Positions 31,791 to 35,921 of a stretch of 35,921 bases of DNA are shown in pieces. Origin of the DNA: Thermoplasmatota archaeon (GTDB lineage Archaea; Thermoplasmatota; Penumbrarchaeia; Penumbrarchaeales; Penumbrarchaeaceae); the NCBI GenBank assembly GCA_049472275.1, contig JBLIRL010000002.1, forward strand, positions 1 to 35,921, written 5' to 3'. Both the position numbers and the translations under genes were made by a program. The first letter of the stretch is position 1. Each line of letters begins with the position of its first letter. A model generated the notes under the pieces. The model was not told the origin of the DNA. It saw only the letters and a list, made by a program, of their open reading frames with translations, and ran no database searches.

Positions 31791-32782
31791 AGGGGACCTA
31801 CAAGGGGAGGAACATCAGACCCTTCAGGTTCCTGGTCCAGCTGATCGGACTCGGTTTCATGTTCGGACAGATGCTCGGTCTCCCGCCATTCGGTACGCAT
31901 CCGCTTCTTCGCAGGATATTCCTGCCGAATGCTTCATGCCGGTATATCAACGAAGCTCCGACCTCATGCTACTACTATCAGCTGCAGGATGGTCTTACCC
32001 AGGGGTACACGAACGCCTACATAGACGTAATAATCATGGTCCTGATAGTACTCCTGCTTATAATCATCCTGGGAAGGATGTGGTGCTCCTGGCTCTGTCC
32101 CTTCGGTCTCGTGCAGGAGGGACTGACAAAGCTCCGAGAGCTCACGGGCCTCCCGCCGTTGAAAATGAAATGGAGGACGAGGGTAGTACTGAGACGGGTG
32201 AAGTACACGCTCCTCTTCTTCACCGTGCTGTTCTCGATCCCTATCGGGATCTCGGCGCTGGGCATCCTGGACTGCCAGTCCACACTCGCACTGCCGTTCT
32301 GCCAGGTCTGCCCCGCAAAAGGTTTCTTCACGGTTTCCCAGCAGGTCCTTGGGCTGGAACCATGGTCAACTACCCTGCCCTGGCTTGCGCTTGGGTCCCT
32401 GGGACTCTTTCTGATCTCCGGGTTCTTCATCGAGATGGCTTTCTGCAGAATCTGTCCGATGGGAGGCGTGATGGCTCTTATGAGCAGGTTCTCCCTGCCC
32501 TGGCTGAGGAAGGATCCGAACAAATGCACGAAATGCAGGATATGCCTCAGGGTCTGCCCACTTGACCATGATCGCGTTTACGAGGATATGAAGGCTGACG
32601 ATGTCGGCAGCGAGGATTGCACACTGTGCGGTAAATGCGTGGAAATGTGCCCGGAGGAAGGATGCCTGACGCTGATGTACGGTCCTATTTCGGTTAAAAG
32701 TTCTAAAAGACCGAGGAAGATGGGGCTCTCGAGACTGATCGACAGAATCAAAAAAGACACGGAGGCGGGAAATGGAAAGTGA
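31787..32782 (+). CDS. NapH/NosR/MauN-type integral-membrane polyferredoxin (4 TM, CxxCP motifs, C-terminal 2x[4Fe-4S]), ~331 aa
   Basis: I trimmed the ORF to ATG 31787, which forms an ATGA overlap with the upstream stop. Motifs: WCSWLCPFG, FCQVCPAKG and FCRICPMG at the ends of TM helices; C-terminal CTKCRICLRVCP and CTLCGKCVEMCP. Four hydrophobic helices. Confidence 0.75.
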   Translation: MKGTYKGRNIRPFRFLVQLIGLGFMFGQMLGLPPFGTHPLLRRIFLPNASCRYINEAPTSCYYYQLQDGLTQGYTNAYIDVIIMVLIVLLLIIILGRMWCSWLCPFGLVQEGLTKLRELTGLPPLKMKWRTRVVLRRVKYTLLFFTVLFSIPIGISALGILDCQSTLALPFCQVCPAKGFFTVSQQVLGLEPWSTTLPWLALGSLGLFLISGFFIEMAFCRICPMGGVMALMSRFSLPWLRKDPNKCTKCRICLRVCPLDHDRVYEDMKADDVGSEDCTLCGKCVEMCPEEGCLTLMYGPISVKSSKRPRKMGLSRLIDRIKKDTEAGNGK

Positions 32783-34112
32783 AGGCCCAAGATACCTCAA
32801 GGACAAGGATGGATACTTCTCCCAGGAACAGAGGGACCGGACCAAGAAGAGATCCAAGGAGATGGAGTCTTCGGTCAGTTCCACGTTGAAGAAGCAGAGG
32901 AACCGACCTAGATCCATGGCGTACTTCGATGAGGTCCACAAGTACGGCGGCGCGCGCTATCACGAGCTCAAGGAGTTCCATGACAAGGGAGGGAAGATCG
33001 TGGGAACTCTCTGTGTGATGGTCCCGCTGGAACTCATCTATGCAGCAGGAGGAGAGGCTGTCAGGATGTGCTCCGGATATTACGAACCTGTCCATCCGGC
33101 CAACGAGCTGCTCGGGGATGCGGGCCTCTGCCCCATGGTCAAATCGACGCTTGGGACGAAGATGGTCTCCTCCAATCCCCTGGTGGATTTGATCGACCTC
33201 GTCGCCGGACCGGCAACCTGTGATGGAAAGATGAAGCTGGCAGAGATATTGGAGGACTGGGTACCGGTCGTGATGATGAACATCCCCAGGGTGAAGGTCG
33301 GGGACACCTCCTCGGACCTGTGGGTCAAGGAGCTTATACACCTCAAGCGGAACCTCGAAGACCTGACTGGACGACAGATAAGGAAGAGGGCGCTCATCGC
33401 CGAGATTAAGAAGTGGAACGAGGCAAACCAGCACTGGTCCGAGCTACTCGAGATGAGAAAATCCCAAAAACCTCCGATCTCCGGCAGGGATGCGATGCTG
33501 GTGGTCCAGGCGACCCAGTTCGATCATATCGGAAGATGGAACAAGAAGGTCCGAGAGCTCATCGCGGAGCTCAGGGAGATCCAGAAGAAAGGACTTTTCG
33601 CCGGTGAGGAAGGGGCGGCCAGGGTCCTGCTCTCCGGTTCTCCCATGATGTACCCCAACTTCAAGATCCCCTCGATCATAGAGGAATCGGGCGGGACCAT
33701 CGTGACCGACGAACTTTGCACGGGCTACCGGCTCATGGCGGACCCCGTCATGGTCGACGGTCTGTCCAAAAAGGAGATCTACCAGGCCCTCGCAGACAGG
33801 TACTTCTTCCCATGCACCTGCCCCTGCTTCTCCCCCAATGACGAGAGGGTCCGGAGAATGAAGGAGGCCATCAAGGCCTTCGGTATCGAAGGGGTTGTCT
33901 TCCATACACTCAGAGGCTGTCATCTCAACAACCTCGAGGCCACAAAGATCGAACTCTCGCTAAGGGAAGAGGGGATACCAATGCTCAAGCTAGAGAGCGA
34001 ATACGACGAGGGTGATATCGAGCAGGTCAGAACGAGGGTCGAGGCATTCGTCGAGATGATCAAGGCAAGAAGGGAGTTCAGAATGTCACATCCTTCGGAG
34101 GGCAAAAAGTGA
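32772..34112 (+). CDS. 2-hydroxyacyl-CoA dehydratase / benzoyl-CoA reductase BcrB/C-family subunit (possible double-cubane-cluster-type protein), 446 aa
   Basis: Family-typical layout GGKIVGTLCVMVPLELIYAAGGEAVRMCSG, GLCPMVKS, PATCDGKMK, RVLLSGSPMMYP, DELCTGYR, FFPCTCPCF, VFHTLRGCH. There are at least 7 conserved-looking Cys. ATG 32772 overlaps the upstream gene by 11 nt and follows GGAGG. The first ~48 aa are basic and low-complexity, so ATG 32916 (MAYFDEV) is an alternative start. Confidence 0.72.
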   Translation: MESEGPRYLKDKDGYFSQEQRDRTKKRSKEMESSVSSTLKKQRNRPRSMAYFDEVHKYGGARYHELKEFHDKGGKIVGTLCVMVPLELIYAAGGEAVRMCSGYYEPVHPANELLGDAGLCPMVKSTLGTKMVSSNPLVDLIDLVAGPATCDGKMKLAEILEDWVPVVMMNIPRVKVGDTSSDLWVKELIHLKRNLEDLTGRQIRKRALIAEIKKWNEANQHWSELLEMRKSQKPPISGRDAMLVVQATQFDHIGRWNKKVRELIAELREIQKKGLFAGEEGAARVLLSGSPMMYPNFKIPSIIEESGGTIVTDELCTGYRLMADPVMVDGLSKKEIYQALADRYFFPCTCPCFSPNDERVRRMKEAIKAFGIEGVVFHTLRGCHLNNLEATKIELSLREEGIPMLKLESEYDEGDIEQVRTRVEAFVEMIKARREFRMSHPSEGKK

Positions 34113-34999
34113 CGGAAGGAGAGAGTGAGAGAGGACCCTACGACCTGGGCATCGATGTCGGAGCAATAAGCACCAAGCTGCTGATGATGAAGGAGGGGAA
34201 GGTCGAGGGTACAACTATTTCCAACACATCCATGGAACCGGGGAAGCTGGCCGAGAAGTTGAGGGAAGAGCTGCTATCATCCATGGGTCTGAAGAATAAG
34301 GATATCGGATATACAGTTGCCACCGGTCAGGGACGGAGGTCCGTTGAGTTCGCTGACATGGCCAGGACCGACATCACCACATTCGCCCGGGGAGCCCACA
34401 GTCTTGATCCGGATGTTGATATCGTTGTTGATATCGGAGGACACGGGATCAGGGTCATGAAGATGGGAGAGATGGGCATCATATCCGATTTCAGGACGAA
34501 CGACAAATGCTCTACGGGGACCGGCTGCTTCATGGATACGATGGCAATGGCCCTGGAGGTCCAGATAGAGGATGCGGGGGAGAGATCGCTCCACTCCAAA
34601 CTTGCCGAGCATGTCAACGCCACCTGTACTGTATTCGCGGAATCGGAGGTGGTTTCCCTCATTGCCAAGGGTAAGGCCACAGAGGACATACTTGCGGGCC
34701 TTCATCAGATGGTGGCCCGCAAGATAGTGGCACTTGTGAACTCCACACAGTCCAAGGGCAAGGTCCTTGTCTGCGGCGGTGTGGCAAGGAACGCCGGGGT
34801 GGTGGAGGAGATAAGAAAGACCCTAAACCGGGAGATGGTTGTGCCGGAGATGCCTCATATGGTGGGAGCGCTCGGAGCTGCTTTGATGGCACCGCGGCCG
34901 AGGAACGCCCTAAAGCCGGAGCAGGAGTTCAAAGCACAGGAGGAGACCAGGGTTCAGACGACCACCTTCCTTGACAGATTGCTGAGGTGGAAGGCATGA
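34109..34999 (+). CDS. HgdC/BcrA-D (BadF/BadG/BcrA/BcrD) family ATPase, activator (archerase) subunit 1, 296 aa
   Basis: Acetate/sugar-kinase-fold phosphate motifs LGIDVGAISTKLLMM and VVDIGGHGIRVMKM. Bridging-cluster Cys motifs NDKCSTGTGCFMD and ATCTVFAESEVVSL. GGVARNAGVV. GTG start in a GTGA overlap, preceded by GGAGGG. Confidence 0.85.
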   Translation: MTEGESERGPYDLGIDVGAISTKLLMMKEGKVEGTTISNTSMEPGKLAEKLREELLSSMGLKNKDIGYTVATGQGRRSVEFADMARTDITTFARGAHSLDPDVDIVVDIGGHGIRVMKMGEMGIISDFRTNDKCSTGTGCFMDTMAMALEVQIEDAGERSLHSKLAEHVNATCTVFAESEVVSLIAKGKATEDILAGLHQMVARKIVALVNSTQSKGKVLVCGGVARNAGVVEEIRKTLNREMVVPEMPHMVGALGAALMAPRPRNALKPEQEFKAQEETRVQTTTFLDRLLRWKA

Positions 35000-35784
35000 T
35001 CACCGCAGGTGTGGACCTCGGATCGACCTACGTGAAGGCGGCCATAGTCAAGGATTGGCAGAGGGTTGGCCATGGCGTTTCCCCGACCGGACATGATCAC
35101 GATGTGACGTCAAAGAAGGTCCTGGAGTCCGCCCTGGAGATGGCGAGCCTCCGGATGGAGGAGATAGACCACATCGTTTCAACGGGATACGGCAGGAGGG
35201 TTACGAGCCTTGCACACTCGAATATCAGCGAGATCTCAGCGAATGCCAGGGGGGTTCAGTGGCTTGGATCCGAGCTCGGGGTCAGGACAATTATCGATAT
35301 CGGAGGCCAGGATACCAAGGTCATCGCCCTTGACGACGACCTCCAGATGATAAATTTCGCCATGAACGATAAATGCGCTGCCGGAACCGGCAGGTTCCTC
35401 GAGGTCCTTGCAAGGGTCCTCGAGGTTCCGCTGGACGACATGGGTCCGGTGTCTCTTAAGAGCAAGGACCCTGTTGACATCACCACAACCTGCCTCGTAT
35501 TCGCGAAATCGGAGGTGGCCAACCTGATCTTCCAGGGTTACCCCAAGGAGGACATCATAATGGGCATCCACAAAGCGGTCGCGAGAAGGCTTGTGGCCAT
35601 GGCTAAGAAGGTCGGTGTCCGAGATGTCGTCTTCTTCGATGGAGGACCTGCGAAGAACATCGGTATGGTCCATGCAATGGAAAGGGAGCTCGGCAGGAAG
35701 ATGTACGTTCCGGACATGCCTCAGATCGTCACGGCGACCGGGGCTGCTATCCTCGCGGCGGAGGAGCTCGGCAGGAAGAAGTGA
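34996..35784 (+). CDS. HgdC/BcrA-D family ATPase, activator (archerase) subunit 2, ~262 aa
   Basis: MITAGVDLGSTYVKAAIV, IIDIGGQDTKVIAL, NDKCAAGTGRFLE, TTCLVFAKSEVANL, GGPAKNIGMV. I prefer ATG 34996 (ATGA overlap with the upstream stop, GAGGTGG upstream) over the track start at GTG 34987. Confidence 0.85.
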   Translation: MITAGVDLGSTYVKAAIVKDWQRVGHGVSPTGHDHDVTSKKVLESALEMASLRMEEIDHIVSTGYGRRVTSLAHSNISEISANARGVQWLGSELGVRTIIDIGGQDTKVIALDDDLQMINFAMNDKCAAGTGRFLEVLARVLEVPLDDMGPVSLKSKDPVDITTTCLVFAKSEVANLIFQGYPKEDIIMGIHKAVARRLVAMAKKVGVRDVVFFDGGPAKNIGMVHAMERELGRKMYVPDMPQIVTATGAAILAAEELGRKK

Positions 35785-35785
35785 A

Positions 35786-35790
35786 TTTTT
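35786..35790 (+). terminator. Oligo-T tract (TTTTT) immediately after the operon's last stop codon; candidate archaeal terminator
   Basis: The sequence reads TGA-A-TTTTT-CATATTGATT. It is the first T-run after roughly 8 kb of overlapping or closely spaced genes. Confidence 0.3.
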
Positions 35791-35841
35791 CATATTGATT
35801 ACCTGGAAAGGAATTTCTACCGGTTGTCCCCTGCCTGATCG

Positions 35842-35921
35842 ATGAGGAGACCGATCGATACGCACGGGCCGTCCTTCTATCTATCGGTACTGATGATCAT
35901 GCTGATTTCGGTGATGATATC
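35842..35921 (+). CDS. Start of a hypothetical membrane protein (partial, runs off the window)
   Basis: ATG 35842 gives MRRPIDTHGPSFYLSVLMIMLISVMI..., a charged n-region followed by a hydrophobic stretch. Only 26 codons are visible. Confidence 0.25.
   Translation, partial: MRRPIDTHGPSFYLSVLMIMLISVMI

Noticed and set aside
32366-33434. Minus-strand ORFs of 191 and 228 aa antisense to the NapH-like and dehydratase-family genes
   Set aside because: These are shadow ORFs opposite genes with strong Cys-motif and family evidence, and they have no start context.
1-35921. Looked for tRNA/rRNA genes, IS elements, integrases, toxin-antitoxin pairs and known defence-system hallmarks
   Set aside because: No ORF shows transposase, integrase, nuclease or Cas-like motifs. 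I noticed no terminal inverted repeats or direct-repeat flanks, and no intergenic gap longer than ~315 nt could hold a structured RNA gene. I could not run covariance models, so small ncRNAs cannot be excluded.

Overview
Gene-dense, moderately GC-rich 35.9-kb window (GC not computed). It reads like an uncultured archaeon; a Thermoplasmatota-like euryarchaeote is my unverified guess. Supporting signals: AT-rich TATA-like boxes about 25-30 nt upstream of several ATGs, GGAGG/GGTGA ribosome-binding motifs, 4-nt start/stop overlaps, heavy AGG/AGA/ATA codon use, and many signal-peptide plus C-terminal-TM surface proteins rich in N-x-S/T sequons. Contents: (i) Minus strand 1-12359 holds a partial iorA, a 3,551-aa single-ORF PUFA-synthase/enediyne-PKSE-like megasynthase (ER-like, KS, AT, KS, 4xACP, KR, DH, PPTase) and a reductive-dehalogenase/QueG-like Fe-S protein. 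(ii) Next come a transglutaminase-like giant surface protein, cysK and an FN3 surface protein. (iii) Then an acyl-CoA dehydrogenase, EtfB and ferredoxin-fused EtfA operon. (iv) A long plus-strand array follows: an orphan double FtsX permease and four membrane-anchored extracytoplasmic beta-propellers (two PQQ-like, one WD40, one FG-GAP). The array ends with a NapH-like membrane polyferredoxin, one 2-hydroxyacyl-CoA-dehydratase/benzoyl-CoA-reductase-family (double-cubane-like) subunit and two different HgdC/BcrAD-type activator ATPases. I saw no rRNA, tRNA, CRISPR array or mobile element. Top hunting results: (1) the self-contained megasynthase, whose four tandem ACPs all carry Thr where the phosphopantetheinyl Ser should be, with a PPTase fused in cis; (2) a seven-gene translationally coupled module joining surface propellers, a NapH-type membrane Fe-S protein and an ATP-driven low-potential reductase. 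All domain calls come from motif reading by eye; no searches were run.
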